Positions 29,210 to 37,918 of a DNA stretch of 64,000 nucleotides are shown here, piece by piece. Every line of letters starts with the position of its first letter. Positions within the stretch are counted from its first letter, which is position 1. The translations under genes were made by a program, and so were the position numbers. Source of the DNA: an uncultured Gemmatimonadales bacterium (GTDB taxonomy: Bacteria > Gemmatimonadota > Gemmatimonadetes > Longimicrobiales > RSA9); the NCBI GenBank assembly GCA_963798845.1, contig CAWCUS010000005.1, forward strand, positions 256,001-320,000. The letters are read 5' to 3'. Below the pieces are notes generated by a model. It had not been told where the DNA came from. It searched no databases and saw nothing but the letters and a program-made list of their open reading frames with translations.

Positions 29210-29920
29210 TCAGGCCCACTCCCGGCGCGCACGCTCCAGGTCCTCGTGCGTCCCGATGTCGAACCATCGGGCGCCGGCCACGGTCCAGGGCGCGACACGC
29301 TCTCCGGCGGCCACGAGGCGCATGTAGGGGGTGAAGATGGAGAACTTCCCGCGCTCCTCGATGAGGGAGGGGAGCCGGGGCGAGACCACCGCGACGCCGA
29401 GGTAGTCGAGGCGGCGCTCGCTCCCCCGGGTCTCTCGGGCGCGGCGCTCGGAGCTGGCGTACGCGAATCCGACGAGGCCGTCGTCGTCGAAGATGAGGTA
29501 GCGGTCGCTCTCGGCAGGGCGGACGGCGAGGGTGGCCAGGTGCTCGGGCCGGTGAGCCCGCCAGAGTTGGCGGAGGTCGAGGTCCGTTAGGATGTCGGCG
29601 TTGTGGATGAGGATCGGGCGATCCCCGCGGAAATGGCGGGCCGCCTCGAGCAGCCCCCCGCCGGTCTCCAGCGGACCGTCGGGCTCCTCCGATACGCGCA
29701 CGTCGACGCCCCAGCCGTCGCGCTCCTCGATGTACGCGCGGATCCGGTCCGCGTGAGGCGACACGTTGACGACGATCCGGTCGGCCCCCGCGTCCACCAC
29801 CCGACGCGCGACGCGCTCCAGCACGGGCTCACCCCCGACATCGATGAGCGCTTTCGGGGTTTCGTACGTCAGCGGCCTCAGGCGCGTTCCGAGGCCTGCA
29901 GCCAGGATCATCGCATCCAC
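29210..29920 (-). CDS. Nucleotidyltransferase (MurU/NTP_transferase family)
   Basis: AMILAAGLGTRLRPLT..PKAL; LETGGG; NADILTD; WFDIGT. Confidence 0.9.
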   Translation of the reverse strand: MDAMILAAGLGTRLRPLTYETPKALIDVGGEPVLERVARRVVDAGADRIVVNVSPHADRIRAYIEERDGWGVDVRVSEEPDGPLETGGGLLEAARHFRGDRPILIHNADILTDLDLRQLWRAHRPEHLATLAVRPAESDRYLIFDDDGLVGFAYASSERRARETRGSERRLDYLGVAVVSPRLPSLIEERGKFSIFTPYMRLVAAGERVAPWTVAGARWFDIGTHEDLERARREWA

Positions 29921-29971
29921 GCGCTCTTCCCTCCACGTACCCGCTGGCACGGTTGCTGAACCCCGGTCCGG

Positions 29972-29987
29972 TGGCACGGCGCGCGCA
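29972..29987 (+). promoter_or_regulatory. Sigma-54 promoter candidate for the GT4 gene
   Basis: TGGCACG-GCGC-GCGCA with GG-N10-GC spacing; a second TGGCACG-N4-CTGA at 29945-29959. Confidence 0.45.
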
Positions 29988-30012
29988 CCCTCAGCTGAAC
30001 CCGGGACTCACT

Positions 30013-31650
30013 TTGATCGGAATCGTGCACGGCTACGGCCTCGGCGGAGCCGGGAGCAACCTGTGGACCCGAGAAGTCGTGTCCGCGCTGTGCGAGACCG
30101 GACACACGGTGCACCTGATGTGCCAGGAGCGCACGCCGGAAATGTTCCGGTTCGTCGCCGAGCTCTGGACGTACGACGACGGCGGACGTCCTCACCGCGT
30201 CCTCGCGCAAGAGCCGGAGACGCCGGGCCGCTGCATCGTCCACCGGCCGGCGCTGGCCATCCTCCCGACCTACGTCCGGCCCGACCGGCCGTCGGAGTAC
30301 GTGCGCTCGATTCTCGACCTGGACGATGACGCGCTGACCGACTACCTCGAACGCAACGTCCGCGCCCTCCGCCAGATCGTCGCCGCCAGCGGCGTGCGAG
30401 CCTGGCACGTCAACCACGCGATCCTGCTGTCGGAGGCGCTCCGCCGCGTGAAGGAGAGCGACGGCATCGCGTACGCGGTCATGCCTCACGGCAGCGCCCT
30501 CGAGTACGTGGTCCGCCACGACCCGCGCATGCAGGCCATGGCCCGGCGCGCTCTGGCCTCCGCCGACCACGTCTTCGCCCTCGGACCGGAGATCCGAGAG
30601 CGACTCCATCGCTTCTTCCCGGACCTCGACCTCGAAGCCCGCACCACCACCCTGCGCGTCGGCGTGGACACGGGGCGGTTCCGGCCGGTGCCGCGCGAAG
30701 CGCGTGGCGACAGCATCGATCGGCTCACCGCCGCCCTCCACGACGTCGCCCGAGGCCACCGGCCCGAGCACTCCGCGCGGCTTCGCGACGCCCTCTCGCG
30801 ACAGATCGGCGCGGCCGAGCCGACAGCGGAGCGCGACCCTCTTCGCTCGGCCCTCGAGACGCCGGCCCCCTACGAGACCGCCCACCCGGACGCAGAGATC
30901 GAAGAGCGGCTCAGACAGGTGCATTGGCAGCGGGAGAACGTGGTCATCTTCGTGGGCCGCATCATCCCCGCCAAGGGTGTGCAGGCCCTCGTCGCCGCGT
31001 TCCCGCTCATCCTCGAGCGCATGCCGCAGACCCGGCTCCTCCTGGTCGGTGCCGGGTGGCTCCGCGAGTACCTCGAGGCGTTCGTCCTCGCCCTCTCCGC
31101 GGCAGATGGCGCGCGCGCGCGCCGCGTCCTCACATGGGCCGCGGAACGCGCTCAGGAAGGCGCGCGCCCCTCAGGGACGGCCTTCCTCCAGCGGCTGGTC
31201 GACTCCGGCCGCTTCCGCGGGTACGTGAATGCTGCCCACCGCCATCTCGAGCCCGAGCGAGTGATCTTCACGGGCTATCTCGCGCACTCGCTTCTCGCCC
31301 ACGTCTTCCCCCTGGCCGACGCCGCCGTGTTCCCGTCCGCCGTCGCCGAGGCATCCCCTCTCGTGCTGCCCGAAGCCGCGGCCTGCGGCTGCTTCCCCAT
31401 GGGCACCGATTTCGCCGGAATGCGCGACTCCCTCGATGCCCTCGCCCCTCACGTCCCTCCCGTTCTGCGCCCCCTCCTTCGCCTCGACCCCGACCCCGCC
31501 CGCACCGCCGACGACATCGCCCACCACGTTCTCGCCCTCCTCCAGCACCGCGGCGACGCCGGCCCCGCCCTGCGCGACGCCGCCGTGGCGGAGTACGACT
31601 GGCGCCGGATCGCCGAGACACTGGCCGAAGAACTGGCCCGGCTGACCTAG
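30013..31650 (+). CDS. Glycosyltransferase family 4 (GT-B)
   Basis: HGYGLGGAGSN; GVDTGRFRP; FVGRIIPAKG; FPS..EASPLVLPEAAACG (EX7E); YDWRRIA. TTG start at 30013 is inferred. Confidence 0.88.
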   Translation: MIGIVHGYGLGGAGSNLWTREVVSALCETGHTVHLMCQERTPEMFRFVAELWTYDDGGRPHRVLAQEPETPGRCIVHRPALAILPTYVRPDRPSEYVRSILDLDDDALTDYLERNVRALRQIVAASGVRAWHVNHAILLSEALRRVKESDGIAYAVMPHGSALEYVVRHDPRMQAMARRALASADHVFALGPEIRERLHRFFPDLDLEARTTTLRVGVDTGRFRPVPREARGDSIDRLTAALHDVARGHRPEHSARLRDALSRQIGAAEPTAERDPLRSALETPAPYETAHPDAEIEERLRQVHWQRENVVIFVGRIIPAKGVQALVAAFPLILERMPQTRLLLVGAGWLREYLEAFVLALSAADGARARRVLTWAAERAQEGARPSGTAFLQRLVDSGRFRGYVNAAHRHLEPERVIFTGYLAHSLLAHVFPLADAAVFPSAVAEASPLVLPEAAACGCFPMGTDFAGMRDSLDALAPHVPPVLRPLLRLDPDPARTADDIAHHVLALLQHRGDAGPALRDAAVAEYDWRRIAETLAEELARLT

Positions 31651-31751
31651 GAATGGCCCGCCATTCCGGCAGGATCCGGCACCGTCGGCCGCGTGTAGGG
31701 TGGCCGCCGACAACCCCACCGCAACGGAATCGGGAAATACCCTTCTTGCTT

Positions 31752-31769
31752 TTGTGATACTTTTCACAG
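31752..31769. promoter_or_regulatory. Rex/CRP-type operator TTGTGAT-ACTT-TTCACAG
   Basis: Exact TGTGA-N6-TCACA in an AT-rich island about 100 bp upstream of the hydrogenase operon. Confidence 0.7.
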
Positions 31770-31867
31770 ATTGTTCAGACGAGGGAGATGCCGGCAGGGG
31801 CGGCCGGGCTCCCGGAGCGCCGTACGGACGCGGCGATGGGACGTCCCGCCAAGGCCTGGAGACGGAG

Positions 31868-32287
31868 ATGCCAACGAAGAAGACGGTTCTGGTGATCGAT
31901 GACGACCGGGACTTCGCGGCATCGGTGAAATCGCTGCTGGAGAGCGAAGGATACGCGGTGGAGTGGGCGGAGTCCGGGAAGGCGGGGCTGCGCAGGCTCG
32001 GGGAAGCGCGGCCGGACCTGATCGTCCTGGACGTGATGATGGAGAGCATCGTGGAAGGGTACGCAGTGAACCAGGCGATCAAGTTCCAGCCGCAGTTCGA
32101 GGCGTACGCGGACATCCCGATCGTGATGGTGAGCAGCATCGAGGAGAGCCCGGACGAGCGGTTCGGGCGAGCGGGGGAAGTGGAGATGGTGCGGCCGACG
32201 CGCTACCTGACGAAGCCCCTGGACATTCCGGTCTTCCTCGAGGTGGTTGGCAAGCTGACGCGGCGCGGCGCGGCGGCGGGGTCGTAG
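31868..32287 (+). CDS. Single-domain response regulator
   Basis: VLVIDDD; PDLIVLDVMME; YLTKP; no output domain. Confidence 0.92.
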   Translation: MPTKKTVLVIDDDRDFAASVKSLLESEGYAVEWAESGKAGLRRLGEARPDLIVLDVMMESIVEGYAVNQAIKFQPQFEAYADIPIVMVSSIEESPDERFGRAGEVEMVRPTRYLTKPLDIPVFLEVVGKLTRRGAAAGS

Positions 32288-32337
32288 GGGGGGCGAGGGC
32301 TTAGCCTGGGAACGCCGACCGAGCGCCGGAGCGGGGA

Positions 32338-33522
32338 ATGAGCGAGGAGCGTGAAGGAGCCGAGCGGATCGTCGTGATCGACGACGATTATGCCATGCGG
32401 CTGTCGTGCCGACAGATCCTGTCGAAGACGGGCTTCGACGTGGAGGTGTACGAGGACGGGGCGCAGGGCCTGGTGGGTGTGGCGAGCCAGAAGCCGGCGC
32501 TGGTGGTGGTGGATCTCAAGATGCCCGGCCTCTCCGGGCTGGACGTGATCCGACGCGTTCACGAGATCGACCCCGAGATCGTGGTGGTGGTGATCACGGG
32601 GTACGCCACCATCGGCACGGCGGTGGAAGCGATGAAGTGCGGGGCGTACGACTTCCTGCCGAAGCCGTTCAAGCCGGACGAGCTGCGGATGATCGTGAGC
32701 CGCGGACTGGAGCGCCGGCGTCTGCTGCTGCGCTCGCGGGAGCTGGAGATGGAGCGGGAGCTGATGAAGCGGCGCTTCATGAGCTTCATGACCCATCAGC
32801 TGAAGTCTCCATTGGCGGCGATCCATCAGTACCTGGAGGTGCTGAAGCGTCTGGGAGACACGCCCGAGATGGAAGAGAAGCGGGCGGAATGGATCGACCG
32901 GTGCCTGAGCCGGACCACGGACCTGAGGCGGTTGATCGACGACTGGCTGACGCTGGCGAAAGCGGAGGGTGGTGGACTGGTCGGGCGTCGGGAACGGGTG
33001 GACGCCAAGAAGGTGGTCGCCGGGCTGCTGGCGGCCTACGAGGAGGTGGCCCGGTCGGCACGAGTGACGCTGTCGTCGGAGATGCCGGCGGACGAGTACC
33101 CGGTGGTAGGGGATCGGAACTGCCTGGTGGTGCTGCTGGAGAACCTGATCACGAACGGCATCGACTACAACCGCCCGGGCGGGAGCGTGACGGTGGGGGC
33201 GCACCAGGAGCCGGGAGAGGTGGTGGTGGAGGTCCGCGACACGGGCGTGGGAATCCCGGCGGAAGCGCAGGGCCTGCTGTTCGAGGAGTTCTTCCGCGTC
33301 CCGGCCGGAGACGAGTCGGCGGGCGCGTCGACGGAAGACGGACGGGGACGGAAGAAGCAGGGGACGGGGCTCGGGCTGCCGATCTGCAGGCGGATCGTGA
33401 ACGAGCTCGGTGGGGGGATCGAGGTGGAGAGCGAGGTGGGGGTGGGGACGACGTTCCGGGTGCGGCTGCCGGCGTACCGGCCGGCACCGCAGCCTGGCGA
33501 ACTGGAGGTGAGCACGGGATGA
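32338..33522 (+). CDS. Cytoplasmic hybrid REC-histidine kinase
   Basis: N-terminal REC (VVDLKMPG; FLPKPF); H-box THQLKSPL; DTGVGI; GTGLGL. Confidence 0.93.
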   Translation: MSEEREGAERIVVIDDDYAMRLSCRQILSKTGFDVEVYEDGAQGLVGVASQKPALVVVDLKMPGLSGLDVIRRVHEIDPEIVVVVITGYATIGTAVEAMKCGAYDFLPKPFKPDELRMIVSRGLERRRLLLRSRELEMERELMKRRFMSFMTHQLKSPLAAIHQYLEVLKRLGDTPEMEEKRAEWIDRCLSRTTDLRRLIDDWLTLAKAEGGGLVGRRERVDAKKVVAGLLAAYEEVARSARVTLSSEMPADEYPVVGDRNCLVVLLENLITNGIDYNRPGGSVTVGAHQEPGEVVVEVRDTGVGIPAEAQGLLFEEFFRVPAGDESAGASTEDGRGRKKQGTGLGLPICRRIVNELGGGIEVESEVGVGTTFRVRLPAYRPAPQPGELEVSTG

Positions 33523-33944
33523 CGAACTCCGAGCGGACCATCCTGGTGGTCGACGACGACCGGGACTACTCCGAGAGCCTTTCCACGTTCCTGCGGGCGC
33601 ACGGCTACCGCGTGGTGCAGGCGTTCGACGGGCGGGAGGGGCTGAAGCTAGCCCGGCTGGAGCAGCCGGAGCTGATCGTGATGGACGTGATCATGAACGA
33701 GCGGACGGAGGGGTTCTTCACCGTCCAGGAGATGCGTCACGAGCCGTCGCTGGACGGGGTCCCGATCTTCGTGGCGAGCTCGCTCTACGCCCAGGTGCCC
33801 GATTTCAAGATCGAGCCGGACCGGGGCTGGCTGGCGCACGACGAGTTCTTCGCGAAGCCGGTGGACCTGGACGCGCTGCTGGGCAGGATCGCGGCGCGGC
33901 TGAATGCGGAACCGGAGCCCGGAACCGGGGGGAGGATCGCGTGA
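33519..33944 (+). CDS. Single-domain response regulator (paralogue of 31868..32287)
   Basis: ILVVDDDRD; IVMDVIMNE; FAKP; 4-nt overlaps with both neighbours. Confidence 0.9.
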   Translation: MTNSERTILVVDDDRDYSESLSTFLRAHGYRVVQAFDGREGLKLARLEQPELIVMDVIMNERTEGFFTVQEMRHEPSLDGVPIFVASSLYAQVPDFKIEPDRGWLAHDEFFAKPVDLDALLGRIAARLNAEPEPGTGGRIA

Positions 33945-34969
33945 AGACCCTGCGAATGCCGAAGGACCGGCTCGATTTCTTCGCCTCCGTGCTCCAGCAG
34001 TTCGGGGAGGTCCACGCACCGGTGGAGCAGGACGGGGGCTACGCGTTCCAGCGCCTGCTGCGCTGGTCGGACGCGCGACTCGAGTACGACCGCACCGTGC
34101 TCCCGCCGAAGAAGTACTTCCTTCCTCCGCGGGAGACGCTGTTCACGTACGATGCGGTCAAGGGATACCAGGCGGGGTCGGAGGACCTGGACCGGCGCAT
34201 CATCCTGTTCGGGGTTCACGCCTGCGACATCTACGGGATCAACATCCTGGACGAGGTGTTCGGCGGAAAGTACCCGGACCCGTACTACCGGGCCCGGCGG
34301 CGGAACGTGGCGGTGATCGGGATCGACTGCACGCCGGACGAGCACTGTTTCTGCCGCTCGATGCGCGCCGACTTCGTGGACCACGGGTTCGACCTCTTCT
34401 TCTACGACATTGGCGACTACTACCTGACGCTGGTCGGCACCGCGCTCGGCGATGACATGGTGCTGGCCACCGGGTCGCTGTTCGAGGAGGTGGAGCCGGC
34501 GGACGTGGAGGAGTACAAGCGCCGCTCGTCGCTGAAAGCGGATGCCTTCCAGCTCGACGTCGACATCCGCGACCTCCCCGAAATCTTCGAGATGGAGTAC
34601 GGCGCGGAGATCTGGGAGGAGCTCGGGGAGAAGTGTCTGGCGTGCGGCAACTGCAGCATGGTCTGCCCCACGTGCTACTGCTACGACGTGAAGGACACGG
34701 TCGCCGCCGGGACGAGCAGCGGGTCCCGCCTGCGTTGCTGGGATTCCTGCCTGTTCTCCTCCCACGCCGCGGTGGCGGGCGGTGAGAACTTCCGCGAGCA
34801 CCGGGCGGACCGGATCAAGTTCCGGTTCTACCACAAGCAGCGGGGATTCGTGGCGGAGTACGGACGGCCGAGCTGCGTGGGGTGCGGCCGCTGCATCGTG
34901 GCCTGCCCCGTGGGGATCCACATCGCCCACGTGCTGAACGAGCTGAGGGGGGTGCACCATGAGGGCTGA
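33941..34969 (+). CDS. hydB: Group 3b [NiFe]-hydrogenase (sulfhydrogenase) beta subunit, 4Fe-4S
   Basis: CLACGNCSMVCPTCYC and CVGCGRCIVACP; HCFC; AsrA/HydB-like. Confidence 0.9.
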   Translation: MKTLRMPKDRLDFFASVLQQFGEVHAPVEQDGGYAFQRLLRWSDARLEYDRTVLPPKKYFLPPRETLFTYDAVKGYQAGSEDLDRRIILFGVHACDIYGINILDEVFGGKYPDPYYRARRRNVAVIGIDCTPDEHCFCRSMRADFVDHGFDLFFYDIGDYYLTLVGTALGDDMVLATGSLFEEVEPADVEEYKRRSSLKADAFQLDVDIRDLPEIFEMEYGAEIWEELGEKCLACGNCSMVCPTCYCYDVKDTVAAGTSSGSRLRCWDSCLFSSHAAVAGGENFREHRADRIKFRFYHKQRGFVAEYGRPSCVGCGRCIVACPVGIHIAHVLNELRGVHHEG

Positions 34970-35837
34970 GACGCTGACCACGGGCTGGCGGCCGGCCCCG
35001 GACTGGGAAGCCAATCCGTACCAGCCGGCGAACGCCCGAATCGTGCGGATCTTCAAGATGGTCCCGGACCATTACGTGTTCACGCTCCGGTTCGAGGATG
35101 AGAAGGCGGCGGACGCGTTCCGGCACCGGCCCGGGCAGTTCGTCATGCTGAGCGTCCCCGGCGCAGGCGAGGCGCCGATCTCCATCTCCTCGCCGCCCAC
35201 GCGCCGCGGTTACCTGGAGCTGTGCGTGCGACGGACCGGGCGCGTCACGAACGCTCTCTACCGTCTGCGCATGAACGACGTAGTGGGCCTGCGGGGGCCG
35301 TACGGGAACGGCTATCCGCTGGAACAGATGGAGGGCGGTGACCTGCTCCTGGCTGCGGGCGGGCTCGGGATGGCGCCGCTGCGCTCGCTGCTCTGGTACG
35401 CGCTGGACGAGCGCGAGAAGTTCGGCCGCGTGATCCTGATGTACGGGGGCCGCGAGCCGGCGCTCATGCTCTTCCGGGAGGAGATGGTCTCCCTTCTGGA
35501 CCGGGAAGACCTGGAGTGTCTGCTCACCGTGGACCGGGACCCGACGGGTACGTGGCCCGGTCACATCGGAGTGCTCGCGAGCCTGTTCGACGGCGTGTCG
35601 CTCGAGCCGGCCGTGACGCACGCGTGCGTGTGCGGCCCGCCCGTGGTGTACAAGTACGTGCTCGAGCGGCTGCTGGCGCTGGGGTTCTCGAAGGACAGGA
35701 TCCTCATGTCGCTGGAGCGGCGGATGAAGTGCGGCGTGGGCAAGTGCGGCCACTGCAGCATCGGCTACAAGACGACGTGCATCCACGGTCCGATCTTCAC
35801 GTACTGGGATGCCATCAACCTGCCGGAGATGATCTGA
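34959..35837 (+). CDS. hydG: Group 3b hydrogenase gamma subunit (FAD/NAD(P)-binding, 2Fe-2S)
   Basis: PGQFVML; GPYGNGYP; AGGLGMAPLRS; CGPP; ERRMKCGVGKCGHC...C. Confidence 0.92.
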   Translation: MRAETLTTGWRPAPDWEANPYQPANARIVRIFKMVPDHYVFTLRFEDEKAADAFRHRPGQFVMLSVPGAGEAPISISSPPTRRGYLELCVRRTGRVTNALYRLRMNDVVGLRGPYGNGYPLEQMEGGDLLLAAGGLGMAPLRSLLWYALDEREKFGRVILMYGGREPALMLFREEMVSLLDREDLECLLTVDRDPTGTWPGHIGVLASLFDGVSLEPAVTHACVCGPPVVYKYVLERLLALGFSKDRILMSLERRMKCGVGKCGHCSIGYKTTCIHGPIFTYWDAINLPEMI

Positions 35838-36589
35838 TGGGCAAGCCGACTGTAGGCATCTTCGGGCTCACGGGGTGCGCGGGGGACCAGCTGGCGATCC
35901 TGAACTGCGAGGACGAGCTGCTCCAGATCGTGGAGCTGCTGGACGTGCGCGACTTCCTGATGGCGAGCTCCGGCAACGACACGGCCGCCCATCTCGACAT
36001 CGCGCTGGTGGAAGGTGCCGTGCTGAGCCGACGGGACGAGGAGACGCTGAAGGAGATCCGGGCGCGGGCGGGGCTCGTCGTCGCCCTGGGCACGTGCGCC
36101 ATGCACGGCGGGGTCCCGATCATGGACCGGGACCACGACCGCGACGCCCTTCTGCGCCGCGTCTACGGAAGCGCGGGCGTACACTACGACGCCCACCCCA
36201 CCCGGCCGCTGCACCAGGTGGTCAAGGTGGACATGGGGATTCCCGGATGCCCGATCGAGAAAGACGAGTTCCTGGCGGCGATCGCGCACCTGCTGCACGG
36301 CGACCCGCCGCTCGCGGCGGCCTATCCGGTGTGCACCGAGTGCAAGGTCCGGGAGACGCAATGCCTGCTGGCACAGCCCGGCGCCTTCTGCATGGGTCCG
36401 GTCACGGCGGCCGGGTGCGGGGCACGCTGTCCGGCGCTGAGGATCGGCTGCGTCGGGTGCCGGGGACCGGCCGTGGACGCGAACCCCGCATCGCTGGCGG
36501 CGACATACGTGGAGCGCGGGATGCGGCCGGAAGCCGTCGCCCGGAAGATGAGGACGTTTGCGGCGACCCCCGTGGGGGAGGGCAACTGA
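35837..36589 (+). CDS. hydD: Group 3b hydrogenase small (delta) subunit
   Basis: GCAGDQ; VEGAV; GTCA; PGCP; CTECK..C..CMGPVT..GCGARCP..CVGCRG. Confidence 0.9.
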   Translation: MGKPTVGIFGLTGCAGDQLAILNCEDELLQIVELLDVRDFLMASSGNDTAAHLDIALVEGAVLSRRDEETLKEIRARAGLVVALGTCAMHGGVPIMDRDHDRDALLRRVYGSAGVHYDAHPTRPLHQVVKVDMGIPGCPIEKDEFLAAIAHLLHGDPPLAAAYPVCTECKVRETQCLLAQPGAFCMGPVTAAGCGARCPALRIGCVGCRGPAVDANPASLAATYVERGMRPEAVARKMRTFAATPVGEGN

Positions 36590-36590
36590 G

Positions 36591-37910
36591 ATGAGGAGCA
36601 CGACAGCGGTGGCCGGGCGACGCACCATCAAGGTGGATCACCTGGCGCGGGTCGAGGGGCACGGCGGGATCACCGTGGAGCTGGACGAGGATCGGATCGA
36701 GGCGGTCCGGTTCGACGTGTTCGAGGGAATCCGGCTCATCGAGGGGCTGGTGGGCGGTCGCAGCTGGGAGGACGTGTCGCAGATCGTGTCGCGCATCTGC
36801 GCCATCTGCTCCGTGGCCCACGCCCTGACTTCGATCCGGGCGACCGAGCGTGCCTTCGGCATCCAGCCCACGCACCAGACGGACCTCCTCCGGGACCTCA
36901 TGTGGCGGGGGGAGAACATCGAGAGCCACGCGCTCCACATCTTCCTCCTGGCCGCGCCGGACTACCTGGGCTACCCGAGCGCCCCGGCCATGGCGGCCGA
37001 TCACCCGGACGCGGTGGCGCTCGGACTTCGGCTGAAGCAGCTGGGAAACCGGATCCAGGAACTGATCGGCGGGCGGGCCATTCACCCGGTGAACGCCATC
37101 CCGGGCGGGTTCGGACGGGTGCCGGGGGAAGCGGCGCTCATCGAGCTGCGCTGCCAGCTGGAGCAGGCGAAGCCCGACATCGAGCGGACGCTGGAGCTCC
37201 TGCGCTCGCTGCCACGGACGGAGCCGCTGGACGCAGACACGGTGTACGCGGCGCTCCGTCCGGACAGGGAGTACCGCTACGACCAGGGCACCGAGGTGGT
37301 GTTCCTGCGGGACGGCAAGCGGCGGAGCGTCCCGGTGGACTCGCTGCGGAAGGTGGCGCCGGAGCACACCGTCGCCCATTCGCACGCGAAGCACACCACG
37401 CTCGACGGGCGGCCATTCATGGTGGGAGCGCTCGCGCGCCTGGCGGTGAACCGCGACCTGCTGCCGGATCGCGCCGCAGAGCTCCTCGACGACCTTGCCA
37501 TCCAGCTCCCGTCGCGCGACCCGCTGGACAACAACAAGGCCCAGGGAATCGAGCTGGCGCTCGACATCGACCGCTCCATCGAGCTCGTCGATGAGCTCCT
37601 CTCCCGAGGGCCGGAGCCGCAGCTCCCGCTCCGAATCCGGCCGCGCGCGGGGACGGGGACCGTGGTCAGCGAAGCGCCGCGTGGCACGCTGCTCCACAGC
37701 TACACGTACAACTCGGCCGGCAGCATCACGGCCGCCGACGTGATCACGCCCACGGCCTTCAACGCCGCGAGCCTGGAGGAGCACTTCCGCGCCGCAGTGC
37801 GCCGCGACGGCGTGGAGCACGAGGCCGCGCTCAAGCACACGCTGGAGATGATCGCTCGGGCCTACGACCCGTGCATCTCGTGCTCAGTACACCTCGTGAG
37901 GAGGAGGTAG
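36591..37910 (+). CDS. hydA: Group 3b [NiFe]-hydrogenase large (alpha) subunit
   Basis: RVEGHG; L1 motif RICAICSVAH; EAPRG; L2 motif YDPCISCSVH followed by a 5-aa cleavable tail. Confidence 0.94.
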   Translation: MRSTTAVAGRRTIKVDHLARVEGHGGITVELDEDRIEAVRFDVFEGIRLIEGLVGGRSWEDVSQIVSRICAICSVAHALTSIRATERAFGIQPTHQTDLLRDLMWRGENIESHALHIFLLAAPDYLGYPSAPAMAADHPDAVALGLRLKQLGNRIQELIGGRAIHPVNAIPGGFGRVPGEAALIELRCQLEQAKPDIERTLELLRSLPRTEPLDADTVYAALRPDREYRYDQGTEVVFLRDGKRRSVPVDSLRKVAPEHTVAHSHAKHTTLDGRPFMVGALARLAVNRDLLPDRAAELLDDLAIQLPSRDPLDNNKAQGIELALDIDRSIELVDELLSRGPEPQLPLRIRPRAGTGTVVSEAPRGTLLHSYTYNSAGSITAADVITPTAFNAASLEEHFRAAVRRDGVEHEAALKHTLEMIARAYDPCISCSVHLVRRR

Positions 37911-37918
37911 CGACTGGA

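Noticed and set aside
33941..37910. Anaerobic sulfite reductase (asrAB) or selenocysteine-containing hydrogenase
   Set aside because: No asrC; the downstream genes are NiFe small and large subunits; all four Ni ligands are Cys codons with no in-frame TGA.
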